A stretch of DNA of 62,032 nucleotides, the filler included. It is 3 parts of 3 records of this genome, joined end to end, with 100 filler letters (N's around TTAATTAATTAA, not from the genome) between each part and the next. Parts side by side here need not be neighbours in the genome. Positions count along the whole stretch, not along the records: positions 1 to 31,351 come from DRR378314_2163; 2 more parts are not named here. The stretch is one strand, 5' to 3'. Of this stretch, positions 14,301-27,700 are shown piece after piece. The position numbers were made by a program, and so were the translations under genes. Positions within the stretch are counted from its first letter, which is position 1. The number at the start of each line of letters is the position of its first letter. Below the pieces are notes generated by a model, which saw nothing but the letters and a program-made list of their open reading frames with translations, did no database searches and was not told the DNA's origin.

Positions 14301-15209
14301 ATTGGCTGCCACATGCAGCCAGAGCCTCCTATCGTGTCATCACGCAAGGTTGCATTGTTGGCACGCAGTGTCGCTCAGATGCGGAAACCGATTTCGACGG
14401 TATTACGTGCGTTGCGCCGGGGCGGTCGCGCCAGGCACTTCAGTGCATGGCGCCACTCTTCACTTGCGTCTCGCTGGATGCTGCCAGCTGCGAGAACGAA
14501 ACAACAACAAACAAACAAGCAAACAAATAGCGACAACAACACAGCAATCGTCCTTTCCACTTCACCGCAGTGCTTGTGGCTATATGTTTTGGATTGCAAG
14601 TAACCACCGTGGCTACGACGTGCACGCGCGAGCGCGCGCGCAGCGCAACGGATGAAAAAGCACGGCGGGGGGCTGCACCTCGCCAGAGCAGCCTTCGCGG
14701 CCGGTCGTTCTTGGGAGCGCAAGCCCGCGCGTGGCTCGCGCTGGACATTCACTCGAAACTAACAATACAAAACCTCATACTGTACGTCCTCACCTCCTTC
14801 TTTTCGGCCGGTGTTGCTCCAAAAGCCTGCGACACTGCGTCTCCGTGCGCCGCTTGCTCAGCGACGAATGCCTCCGCGACGTCCTGCGGGAACCAGCATA
14901 GCGCAGTTACACAGCAGCGAAAGTTTAGCGTGGAATTTGTTCCCGGAGAAGATGCATCCGGGTTGAAACGCAAGATACGAAATTCTCAGCATAAAAAAAA
15001 CTACACCGATTTCAGTACTCCAATCGCTCAATGCGATTGACAATCGTGGAAATGCGAGGCTCAGCAGCGAGCTCTGGAGCCCCGGCTGACTTTTTGCAGG
15101 CACCGCTGCAATGACGTACCAGTGCAAGAGGTTTGAGGGGAGCACTGCCGAACTCGGCGTCGCCTCCCTGTTGCCGAACAAAGTTCACAACAGCGTCCAC
15201 ATACGTCAT
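11384..15209 (-). CDS. ARC1: Arc1p/AIMP1-like aminoacyl-tRNA synthetase cofactor (GST-like N-domain, Lys-rich linker, EMAPII-like tRNA-binding domain), ~355 aa, 8 exons
   Basis: Exons 15209-15120, 14883-14794, 14184-13972, 13571-13344, 13084-12968, 12365-12231, 11997-11908, 11488-11384, all GT..AG. They splice to [39 protein letters not shown]...|[26 protein letters not shown]...|AGDRV...PKKKIFE. The N-terminal part has [15 protein letters not shown]. Confidence 0.9.
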
Positions 15210-15776
15210 GTTCACAAGATACTGGTCGATTCCGGGCGATCCGTGCCCCGGTGGAAGCTACCACAGTCAGTGCGCAGAAAGTAGGAAAGAACGAAAGAGA
15301 AGCCGAGGGCGACGCAGGGCAGAGCGAACCGGAGACAGCTTGTGTGGCTGCGAGAGGAATCCTCCGTCGGGCCAGCGCTCGAGCACGGCAAGCCCGCTCG
15401 CAAGGGGGGAAGTGGCCCGATCGCAGCTGCGGGCGGCGCGCAGCGTACATGGTTAGGTGTCGAGGGCGAGGTTGCAAATCTCAGCGGTTTCCTTGGTAGG
15501 GGGACCGTGCAAGTCCTCTCTATCTTCCTCTACGCCGCAGTCGTCGCGCTCGTGGTTGCTCGGTGCATCGGAGGGCAAGTGCGGCATTGAGCTCCTCCTT
15601 TTCGCGCGGTTCTCTCTCTTTGCGCAGTCCTTGGCTGCGTCGCGCTGCGTCGCGGTGCGACGGCGACGAGGGCGACCGAGACGCGGAGGGGGAATAGCAA
15701 AGGGTGGCGCCGGAGCACGTTTATGCAATCGCTGGACCCACTCTGAGCGCATTATTACTAGTATTGCGAACTTGCA

Positions 15777-18700
15777 ATGATTGGATTGCGATCTGTTTTC
15801 ACGACAGCGTTGAAGAAGACGCTCGGCAAGTATGTGCGTGACCTGAACGTCGACAAGCTAAACTTGGGTACGCGTGCACGCGGAGCGCGTCTTTCGCAGT
15901 TTTCCTTCTGCATCTTTGCGGTGCGTGGCGCTTGTACGGATCAGCGCAAATTTTTCTGTATTGCATATCATGTCTAGTGATTGACGTGTCCGTACGGGGT
16001 GGCGATTCGGTGCACGGCTAAGCACTGCGCGGCTAGTGAAGTGGAAACTCCATGCCGCGGTGTCACCGCGCTGTCGAATAGCTGCAGCGACACGCGCTCT
16101 GCTGAGCAGCGCGGGTGCGTCGGTGTCCCACGCAACACCAGCGTCCCCTGGCGACTGCGGGAACGCAGCCAGGGAAGACCTGTGCGGATTGAATATTATA
16201 CACTATCTCTTTATGATACATCTCGCTAGAGCGACACCGCACGTTGCCGCACCGGAAACGCTCGCGGCATCGCGTAGGCGGCGCCGCTGAGCGTAGTTGA
16301 GCGCCGCGTGCTTTGAGCTTTCGCGCGCTCCGCACTCCTGCTGCGCACTCGTGCCGCTGCTTTGCACCGGGCCACACTGGGTACGGCAAGCGCGCCAAGA
16401 CGTTGGCCCAGGTGGGGCTTGCAGCAGTAAAATTACACGAGTCTTTCACAAGAAATTTTATACGCTTGGAGTGAAATTCTTATCGGTGTGCTGGGCATTT
16501 TGCACGTGTTGCACGCGAATCGCATATTGGGTGTACGCCGGGGCGTTGTCGCAGGTGTGACTGGCGGAAACATTGTGCTCGAGAACCTAGAAGTAGAGGA
16601 GGATGCGGTCAATGCGGTGCTGGCCGACCTTCCTTTCCGATGCCGACGAGGCTTCATTGGAAAGCTCATGATTCAGGTGCGAGTGTGAGAGACCCTGGGA
16701 TTCCATCATCGGGCGGCTTCGTATGTGCGGGGGTTGGTGGGACACAGGGCTACGTTGACAACGCCTACTCTGCGCGCGCGCGAAAGGCCTCGGCAGACAG
16801 GCGTTGCCGTTGCCGTTTTGTTGATGCTGCGCGTACGCGAGGGGCTCTGTATTGGTAGAGTTCCGAGCGTATGCAGGCAAAGAAATCAACGTACCTGTAT
16901 ATTACTACATGCGCGAAGAGGCGTCGGATCTGTGGGTGGACGTCGCGTTGTTTTCCCCAAGGCCCGTCTGGCTGCTGCGCCGTGCCCTGGAGCAGCAGGT
17001 TCGCCGCTCTGGCTTTCTTGTTCGTCAGATGTGTCCCGCTTGACCTGCTTTCTTCTCTGACTATTTTACTTTTTGCGCCACCTTTCGTCCCATGACTTGT
17101 TCTTTTTAGAAAACGTTATATATATACGTCGTTTGTTCGTCATGAGTGCGATTCTCTTATGACGTATCCAGCAAGCAGTTTGTATCCGCGCGACGATACG
17201 CTCAGCGCGAGCGGGCTTGCCCTGTTGCTCCCTTTCGTCGCGCTCGTGCTCGTTCGTCTGCTTCCAGCGGCTTTGCCTTTGTCCGGCCCTTTTTTATTAT
17301 TATCTTTTTGCCGCGCGGAATCTCCTATCCTAGGCTGACTACTGAACGTTCGCTGTATCCTCAACTTCCGCAGGTTTCATGGCTCTCCTTACTCTCGAGT
17401 CCCATCGAAATCCGAATAGAGAATCTCTTTCTCCTGTTTTCCCCGCTGTTTCCTGGCGAGACAGACACAGAGTCTCTGTGGAGCATCCGGCGCCAGAATG
17501 TCGCTGAAGACATCGAGGCTGCGGAGCGGCGTATTTTGCAGAAACTGGAGCAGAGTGCCCGCGAGGCAGCAGCAGAGACGGGCATGCTAGCGCGGCTGAT
17601 TACGCGTATCACCGAAAACCTGGTGGTGCACGTGCGGAATGTGCACGCACGTCTCGAGATGGACCCTGTGAGCCTTGGCTATTCGAGCGCTCCGCCGTTT
17701 GCGCTCGGCATTTGCCTCGAGGGGATCTCGATGCTCTCTGCCTCGCCGTCGTGGGAAGTAGCCGAGTGTGCCGATCCGGGTGAAGTGCTGTACAAATTGC
17801 TCGAGGTGCGCGAAGCAAGCGTGTACTGGGATACACACGATGCTGGGTTTGAAGTGGAAGTGCGGCGGCGGCGCGAAAAGCACTACGGGACTGCGGCGGT
17901 GGACACGTCGCGTTTCGAGCGGCAGCTGCTCGCGACGCTAATGGAAGCCAGCGTGTACGACTCGTCGCATGTCACGCATAGGCGGCACGAATACGTGGTG
18001 CAGCCTGTATCCACTGTGGTTCGTGTCCAATTTTGCAAAAAGATTCCACGTGATGAACAGATGACTCGTCTTTCGATGAGTATTTCGATCGATGAGCTAC
18101 GTGTGGCGATGTCGGACGCCCAGTACCAGGATATGCAGCGCCTGCTGTCGCTCATGGTGCAACAGTCGCGGCAGCAGCAGTACAGCGACATTCGCCCTTC
18201 GGAAGATGTATGCTCCAACCCGCGCGCGTGGTGGCGTTTTGCCGTGGAGGCCATTGTGAAGAACGTTTCGCATCTGGAGACAATGTCGATTGACAAGGTT
18301 TTGAGACGTCATCGCGAGAGCATCGAGTATATCAATCTGTTTCGGAAAATGCTGCGGTACGAGCGGCGCGCTCTTGCGGGCTCTGCGTTCTCTGCGGCAG
18401 AGAAGCGCCGTTTTGACGAGCTCGAGTGCGTGCGGTTCTCGATTTCTGATGCGGTTCTTTTCCGACGCTTTGCTCGCAAGCTCGAGAGCCCAAGCGAGAA
18501 AAGCGCTGTGCTCACATCGCTCTGGGAAGATGCGAAATCCGAAACAAGCGAATCGCAGTCCTGGGGCAGCTGGCTGCGGTCGTGGACGCCATGGGCAGCA
18601 TCGCAGCCCGAGGACAGCGACCTTGCTTCCTCACCGCAGCAGAGCAGGTCCAGCCGCGCTGCTAGCGCTAGCTCCAAAGAAGCAAGCGCCGCGCGACACA

Positions 18701-21700
18701 TGTCCGGCACTCCGTTGAAGCTGAACATGATGGGCAAGAGTATCGAGCTGTCCGAGGAAGAGCGGAACGCGCTGATGAAAGAGGCGTTGGACGACGTTGC
18801 TAGTGGGCATGTAGCGCCCGGCGGCCCGAAAAGCGGCGATACGAGTCGCAATCGTAGCGACGGCGCATCTGCTGCTGAAGTGGAGGATGCGATGAGTTTT
18901 GAAGTAGTTCTCAGTCTCGCGCAGGGGTCGTTTGAGCTGCGCAGCGGCAGCGGTCTGCACGCGTCCGACGTTCTCGTGCTTGCGTACCGCAGCTTCAACG
19001 TGATTGCCGTGTCGAACGCCAAAGAATTCGGTCTTTCTGTCTCCATAGCGTCGCTTGTTGCTCGGGACGGCCTCGTGCGGCAAAGCGTGTACCCTGTCAT
19101 CCTTGCGCCGGTGAGCATGTTTGCCAACGGCGCCGGCGAGCGTGGCGGAGACGATTTCCGAGAGGAAAGTAACGCGTCATTAGCCACCGTCGGGCGCTCC
19201 TCGTCGTCGGCGAACAGTAGCAGCGCTGTCGCGTCTGCCGGGGAGTGCAGTGATGTATTTGCGCTCACTATCGAGCAGCAGCGCGGCGCAGATCGCGAGA
19301 CTGCTGTATCAATGCGAATTCAGCCTGTATATCTCGTCGTGAACACTCGGGTGCTCGCGCGCGCTGCGGCGTGCTTTACCGAGGTTCCGGACGCGCAGAT
19401 GGAAACGCTCGAGGAGCTCGTGCACGCTGAGCTTGGCGTTGTGGCGCGGCTCGGGTCCGAGGCTATTGCGGACGCTGTGCAAGCGCGCGGCGCTCTCATC
19501 GTTAATCTTAGTATAGGTGCGCCGCGCGTGATCATTCCCGAGGACGCGTCGCGCGGATACGGCGCAGTGCTGGCGATTGACTTCGGTATGTTGTCGGTGA
19601 GCACCGCCACGTCGGAGTACTCTACTGCGGAGATTTCTGACAAAATTCGCGACGGCGAGGAGCTCTCCGATGAGATGCTGTATGACCGCTTCAGTTTCCG
19701 TGCCGCGGACTTCCGCATTCGCTGCGTCGAAGACGTGATGAATGATGCATCGTGCGATTTGCACGAATGCTGGCGGCTGATCGAGGCGCATGCGCTGGCT
19801 GACAATGGCGCCAATGACGAAATCGTCGGACGGTTTGAATTGCGCGGTACCTTGGAGCGCGCAGTCGTGTCTGCGCCGGGGCGCGCGGCGCTTCGTGTCG
19901 GCGTTGTAATTCCTGCCCTCGACGTGCACTATTCACCGGTGAAGGATGCGCTCTTGATGCGGCTGCTGGCCGCCGCTGCACTACCGTTTGCGGAGGTTGC
20001 GCAGCAGCGCGAGAATCGTGGCAACGGTAGTGCGCACCAGCTTGGCTCGTCCCCGCACGCGAAGTCTGTCCAGCCTGACAGCGGGGAGGAGCTCGCAAGC
20101 GATGATGCGGACAGCGGCGCGACGTCCGACAGCGGCGCCGAGTCGGTCGACGGGCGTGAAGGTGGTGGTGATGCTGTGGAAATCGACCTTGCGATCCACT
20201 CGCTAAACTTGGCTCTCGATTGTGTCGACGCAGAGGGTCTGGACGAAGCGCCTCTTGTGGAACTCGAAGTGGTGGGGATCGTGGTGGCGGCGCATACGGC
20301 GCCGGGGTCGCTCGAGGCAACGGGAGCGCTAGAGTGCGCCGCCGTGCACGATCGGCGGCGAGTTGCGCCGTCTACGCCTCGTCCTGGGGCTCGACGCGGT
20401 AGAGAATCTGCGGTGCACGCTCCTCCGGTGCTGTCGTGTGCGTGGGGTCGCGAAGCTCCGCGTCCGTTTCTTGCGTTCTCGGCGCGCACCGTTGCGCCAG
20501 ATGGAGGTGTCGAGGCGGAAGTCGACGTGCGTAGTGTAGAAGTAGATGTTGATGCGCACGCGGTAGCGGCGGTGCTGGAGACGCTGGGACGCCTCGGAGC
20601 CGACAGAAACGCGCGCTGGGAGGACGATGAGGAAGGCGATGCGCTGGCTGATGATTTTCTCACCCATAGTGCTCAAACGCACTCTCTCGATGGCGCGGCT
20701 ACAGGCGCTGGCGCAGGCGCTGGCGCCGACGACGTGCGAAAGGGCCTCATTCCTTCGCACGATGTAGCTTCCGACCGGCGCGCCCTGCGCGCCGTCGAGT
20801 CTGTCTCTATGCAGCGCGGGTCGTCCAGCACGCAAGGCGGTGGTCTACGGCAGTTGCAGCGCGGCTCCTCACAGCACCTGCGGCAGAGTGTATCCGCTAT
20901 TATCGCTGCCGCTGCTGCTCGCGGTGCGCTCACGAGTGGTGGGGGAGGCGATGCGGCGCCTGGGGAGCACACGCCTGGCGGCGTGCCGGCGCATTTTCAC
21001 ATTGCGGAACACAGGCGGAAAATGAGTCTCTCCGCTGGTGGCGGCAGTGCGAACCTTGCCACCATGATTGCGCAGCTGCGAGCCGCTTCCTCGCAATCAT
21101 CGATACCTGCGCCTGCGAATGCGAAGGATGAAAAGGAAGGTGGATTCGTACGCGCAATCATGCACCCCTCTGAGGGCGTGCAGACTTCCGGTCGCCAGGA
21201 GCCGAATGCTGACCACAGCGCGCTTGATGCGAATCAGCACAGAACGGGCAATCCTGCGGCAGGCAAGGATGCGATTGGATCTGCGCATGCAGGCGGCATT
21301 ATTGGTAGCGATGCTCAATCGACCGTATCGTCCTCAAGCGCAAGCACCTCCACGGGCGCTGCTGTTCCGTTGCGTCTTCGCGTTATGGCAGAAGGCTTTG
21401 GTGTTGCGCTCCGTATCGGCGAGGCGCGCATTGCGAGTGCTCGCATTGCTGAAATTCATGCCACACTTCGGACAACTCCGGAGGGAGACTCGCGCGTTTT
21501 GTGCTCGGTGCGCGATGTGTGTGTCGAGGACGCCACCGTCACGTCACGGGCGCTGGGGTCCACCGACATCACACGCGTGCTGGGCGCGGCTCGTCGGAGC
21601 GGCGCAGCTGCATTCGAAATCGCTGCCGCATCTTTCTCTCCTACGACCACGGCGCGTCTTGGATATGGGAGCTCGTTGTCTGTTAGCGGGGACGATGTAG

Positions 21701-24700
21701 GCGTTGTGCTTCGCATGGGATTTGTTGCGGATGTGAATGCGTTTCTCGCAACTGCTCTGCCGGCAGGCAGCAGCGGCGCGTCCAGTACCGGTGCTACAGA
21801 TGATGTTCCTTCCGCGCGCGCTGCAGCGACTGCAGAACCACTTGCTGCTCCCTCACGGCTCAGCGTCGAATTGCGCGGTATCAGTATCATAATGCCTGTG
21901 TCGCTCACGGATGAGCGGTGCATCCGGTGTGAACTGGACACTGTGCGTGTCAATAATGATGCACTTGTATTTCCGTGCCCCGGCTCGCTCTCGAGTTTCG
22001 GCTCAGGCACCGCAGCGCACGGCGATATGTGCCAGTCGCTGTTGAATGCGTCGACTTTGGCACTTGCTGGTGATGCGGCGTCCGGTGCAACGAGCGATGA
22101 TGACTTTTTCAGCGCGAGCGAAGACGAGGAAGATGGTGGCGCGGCGGGCGCTGGCGCTGGCGACGACGAAGTCGACGATGACGACGATGACGACGAGGAT
22201 GCGCTGTTCAGCGCGTCGAGTGGATCTGATGGCGATGAAGACGATGTCGCCTTTAGTTATCGGGCTAATGCGACCGAGTGGGATAATAATGACCGCTTTC
22301 AGGCTACGTGTGTCGAAGTGTTGTCATTGCGCATGTGGAGCACCTTCGCAGAGCTTGCGCGCGCCCCAGCGGAGTCTTGTGGCAGTCCGCTTGCGTCGCT
22401 GCATTTGCATGTGTACGTGCAGCAAGTCGAAACGGACTGCGGCGTTGCTGCAGCAACGGGGATGACGGAGACGGACGCAGCGGATGTGGCTGATTTCAGA
22501 TTTGCAGCGTCGGTTGCGCGTGTTCTTGTCATTGCGCCTCTGCCGATTCGACTGCAGGTAGAGCAAAGCTCCGTCGCCGCGCTGCAGGCGTTGGCAGCCG
22601 GCAACCTTTCTGACAGCGGGACAGTTGCGAGTTCAGTGGGCCCCGCTAGTTTTGGTTCCGGTGACGGCCCCTCATCATCTGTGCAAGCAGGGGAACACGG
22701 CCCGGGGAATCAGAGGGACGAGGCGCTTGCGCCGCTGGTGCAGACTGTCGTACGGTTTGCAACGCCCGACGTGACGGTTGGCTTCGCTACTCTCGCGACG
22801 CCAGAAGGCAAAGTGCTCGATGCCCCAAACGACGAGTCGATGGCGGAGGCCGCGAGTGGATATGGCGACGGCGTCGGCGCGCGGACGCCTGCCGCCGCTG
22901 ATCAGTCGCGCGAGCGGCTGCTCGGGACTGTCCGCCTTGGCGCACCGCGTGTAACGCTATGCACAGGACCGGACGGCAACTTTGCTGCGCTGCGCGTAGG
23001 AGCCCTGGGCGTGCATTGCGCCAACGTTGCGGGCTTCGAGCGCGGTGCAACCGGCACATCGCACGAGGGGCGAGGTCTCGGCGCTCCTTTGCTACAATGC
23101 ACGGGTGATGACGGAATCGATCTGGCAGCTTCTGTATTCCTGCCAACCGCGTCACCCGGGGCACCTGGCCAGTCGGCCGTCATTGTTGCTCGGTTATCGA
23201 ATCCGCGCATTGTGGTTGACGTTGAGGCGTTCAGCCAGCTCGCGGGTGTTTTTGCTGGACCCCCAAGTGGCTGCGATGCAGGTGGCGAGCGAAGTATGGG
23301 CGAGAGCGAAGGAGAGCCGGGCCGAGTTGCTGTGGTCAAAGATCTTGGCAGCGGTTTCCATCCCGGAGCAACGAGTGGCAAGCCTCCGACGCGTGGCAGT
23401 CGCGAGGAATCGCCGCGAGCAGCGGGCGGCGGTACGCGCACTGCACCGGGTCCTCCCGAGAGCACCATCGAGTTGCGTGTTGCGATTCCCGGTCTGCAGC
23501 TCGTGGCCCCTGCTGCCGTGCCTGTTGGTGGGGCTGTATCATTATCTCTCGATATCGAAGCCGAGTACGCAGCAGCAAGCAGCGGCCGTCAGATTGCGGT
23601 GGCGAAGCTGCGACAGGTAGAGGCAGCTGCTTGTGCAGGCGCGGCGCTCGGTGCGGATGCGCGCGCGCTGCTGTGGCCGTTCACGGTGAGCGTGGAATTC
23701 AAGGCCGGTATGACAGGGGGCGAACTCGACCTGCCAGATGGCAGCTCGGCGATCCTGTTGGAGGTCGATACCATCAATGGCGAATTAACGGGGCGTGATG
23801 TTCGATTGCTCACGAGCGTTGCCGAGCGTATGTCTGCGGAGGTTGCCGCCCTATCGCCTGTGGATTCCACAGACGGAAGCGCCCGCCTTGTGCCGGTCGA
23901 GCCGGCTAGCGACGGCACGAGCGCGTCCAACGCGGCACCGCATAGCGAGAGCTACGCGTCAGCTGTCGTGCATGAAATCGATCTTCGCATATTGGACGAC
24001 ACTGCTGTTATGCTGCTCCCTGTGCTACGGGTAGTCAGCAGCGATATCAGCGTGCTTGCGCTTACCAGTACGATTTCGAGTGCGTCGCTGCGCAGCGCAG
24101 ACGGGCAAGGGACACCGCAAGGAGGCGACGGCGGATCGCCAGGGAGCCTGTGCGCACGAACGGACGTGGAGGCTGCGCTCACATTGCGCGTCGAGTACTA
24201 CAACCGCACTGTGATGGCTTACGAGCCGGCGATCGAGCCATGGAGCTGCCGAATGGAGCTCCGCCAGGTGACGCCCTTGGTTAGCCATTCGGCAGGCGAG
24301 CGGCGGGCCAACACAGGTGTAGCCGCCGCACCGCTAGTACCGGCCAAGGACCTGCAGTCGACGTCGGCGTCAGCTACTCCGGCAGGCGCCAACGCCGCGC
24401 GGGCAGGTGGGCGAGAAGAGGGCACCGGAAGCGTTGTAGTGCAGAGCGAAATGTCTGTCGCCCTGACGGGCGTTGACCTGTTGAACGTGAATGTAACGCC
24501 GTCACTGTGTCGCAACGTGTCGCGGCTGGTTGATATTTTTGCCGAGAACGGAACGGCGGACTCGCGCGTGGCACCGTCGGCGCCGTTTTCTATTCGCAAC
24601 ATGACGGGCGGCGACGTAGTTGTTGCGGCGGACGAGTTCCGGTCCGAGCGTATCCCGCACGGTGATGTGCGTGCGATCGTCATTGATGATGACGAGGTTC

Positions 24701-27700
24701 TTACGTCGCGTTCTCTTGTGCTTGGCGATACCGAGGCAGAGCGCTCAGCCGACAAGCTGGTGCGCATTTCGGTTGGCTGCAATGAAGGCCCGTGTGCGAG
24801 CGTTCCCGTCCAGCTCGGCACCATGGCCGCTTTCAGCCTTGAAGGCGGAGATGCTGGCCACTCCGGCCCGCCTCCTGTCCTCGTAGTCGATGCCGAAGTG
24901 CGCGGCGATGCGCGCACTTTGACGTTGCGATCGTCGATCGTTGTTGACAACGATACGTGTGGAGATGTGCAGATCATGGCGTACACTTCTGGGAGTGATG
25001 AAAAGTTTAGCGCGCGCCTGGCCCCTGGCAGTTCTGTACCGCTGCCACTGCGCTTGGCTGCCGATGCGCTTCTGCTTGTCCGGCCTGCAGGAACGTCGCA
25101 CGCGTGGTCGCCCGAGGTGCGCGTTGGGTCGCTTGGCAGGCCGGGCGCCGCTGTCGTGTGCCTTGCCGCTGCCGTGCACGGCGACGGTAGCGTAGCCGAT
25201 GGCGTGCTACCCCCACTGGCGTCGCCCATGACGACGGCAGGGCTGTCGAAGCCGGACCCCGGTGTCGGCCGGTGGCGGTGGTGGCCGGCGAGGCGGAGCC
25301 AGAGCGGGAACGGCCCAGTACACCCCGACGAACGCGCGCCTGAGCGCTCGGCAGCGGCTCAGCCGGCGGACACGGGGCGGTCTGTAGTAGACGGCGACAA
25401 GTACGCGCCAAGTACTGTTGGTAAACCTGGTCAAGGGCGTGGTGCGCATGCGAATACATCCAGTGCGGCGCGCGATGGCGGCGCTCCGTCTCTGTCGCGC
25501 AGTGGGTCGGTGCGCCGGTCTCTCGCGCTCGACACGGCACGGTCGTCGAGCGCATCGGCATCGTTCCGCTCGCGCACGTCTGCGGCCAGCACGGCTTCGC
25601 GCAGGAGCTACGCAATGGCGCTGGGCGTACACGCAAACGAGATGCGTGTTTTCGGACAGCGTTGCGGAGCGCGAACTCCTGCGCAGGCGCTGCACGATGC
25701 TTCGTTCCCGCTCTCCGACAGCGGTTCGGCAAGTGCGTCGGCGTCGGCGTCGGTGTCGGGGGCAACTCCGTCGATCCCCGAGGGAGCTGCGCAGGCCGCC
25801 GGCGTCCCGGTCCGGCACGCGCGCCTGCGCGCGCGCAATCTCCGAGTGTCGTTGCGTCCGCTCGTACGCGTGCGTAATATCGCGCCTGTGACACTGCACT
25901 TGAGTTTTGGCGACGAGCGCGAGCGGGAAGTGGAAGCAGATGTTGTAGTGGCGGGGGGCGAATCGGCAGACGTGGCGCTTGCTGCCGCGCCCGCTGGGCG
26001 GCATGTGGTAGTGCAAGTCCGACGCGAGGGCTGGCCGTGGTCGCGGCGCGCGCGCGTTTCTCCAAAGACGCGCGGCGTGACGCTCACCGACCCGCTTGGA
26101 CAGCGCATCCGCCTGTCCTTGCGCATTGAAGAGTTGTCCGGCGGAGCGCTCGATATCACTGCGTACTTTGCGTTTGTTGTGTACAATGTGACCGGGCTGA
26201 ATTTGAAGTATGCGGAAGTCGATGTGGTCGGCGGGCGCACTCGGATGCGTACGCAGGACGCACGGCTCGACGCGCGAACACTGAGCGGCGTTCGTGAGCT
26301 TTTCCTTCGGCAGAATGAGCTGCAGCGCATTCCCAATATGATGTTCTCGACGTCGCAGCTGCTGCCGTTGCGTGCACGAGCCGCCGTTCGCGTCGCTGAC
26401 GTGAAAACAACGTGGACAGATGCATTCAGCGTTGAGTCGGTCGGCTCGGTTGGTCATGTGCACGTTCGTGAGCACCACAGCATGCTTGATCGCTTTGTGA
26501 ACCGGCATCGCCTTCGCCGCTTCGATTTTGGTGTACAGGTGCAGACGCCGACTGGCGTGGGCGGCGATATAGGCGGCACGAGCTCGTCGATAGCTAACAC
26601 AGCTGCTGCCGCGCAGTGTCCACGCGAGAGCGGGCTTGGACTTGTGCACGAGATAGTCGTGGCACCGCGCTATGTGATTGTGAATGCTTCTTCCTGCGGC
26701 CTTGTGGTTAAGGACGCGTATGCCCCTGACTCGAATAGCGCCGGTCGTGCTGCTGCTGAAGTGCTGGCACCGCATGCGTGCGTGCCGATGTATTGGGCCG
26801 ACCACCGGCATCCGGGATATGTGCAGATTGCGCTCGCAGATCAGGACTCGCAATGGTCCCCGCCAGTTCGCATTGAAGCGGTAGGGACGCGGTTTGCGCG
26901 GGTGCCACTTCTCGGCGGAGAAGCGAGTAGTCACGATAGGGGCGCGCCGCCGCACACCTCCGAAGGATCTCCGTTGTATCATGGCGACGAAATCGTTCCG
27001 AGCTGGCAGGACGCGAGTGCCTTTGTAAGCCTGACGATCACGCTGCGCGGCGCCTCGCTCTTTGTCGCGGTTCGCGAGGTGGAGACGACTCCGTACCGGG
27101 TCGAAAATCACACAGGAGTGCCCGTCTTTGTGCAGCAACGTGGCGTGGAAAACGCGGCTGCTGTCGGCGCGCTTCCTTTCGACAGTGCTCCGTTTGTATG
27201 GGACGACGAAGACAAGAAGCACGAGGTGGTTGTGTCGATGCGAAAGGGTCCGTTTGCCGCCGAGGCACCGCCGCCGGCACGCGCTGGCCATTCTGCAGAT
27301 GCGCGGCCGGACGAAGAGACCCCAGACCAGGTCGACGAGCCACGGATGTCATCTTCGTCCGGGGACTATGTTGATGCGTCGATCATGTTTGATCGCGTTG
27401 GCGAGTGCAAGGAGCTCGAGGGGTCGCTAGCCGGTCCTGTTCGTGTTCTTGTTGTCCTAGATGGCGCCACCAAGGTTCTCGTTGTGGCACCGCTCGCGAG
27501 TGCTGGTATCCCGGAGCTGCTGCCGCGATCTGGTGCGACTGCGGCGCGCCACGCCGACCGCAGTTCCACTGTTGCATCGGATGAGAGTGTTCCGGGTACT
27601 GCTGTACTGTCTGCGGCTGCGCAGAGTGCGGCGGCTGTTGCCGTGGACAGCATGACGCGGATCGTGCTAGCGCTGCCGCGTCTCGGAGTCTCGCTGGTAA

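Noticed and set aside
14494-14545. (AAAC/AAC)n-like repeat
   Set aside because: Simple intronic low-complexity tract.
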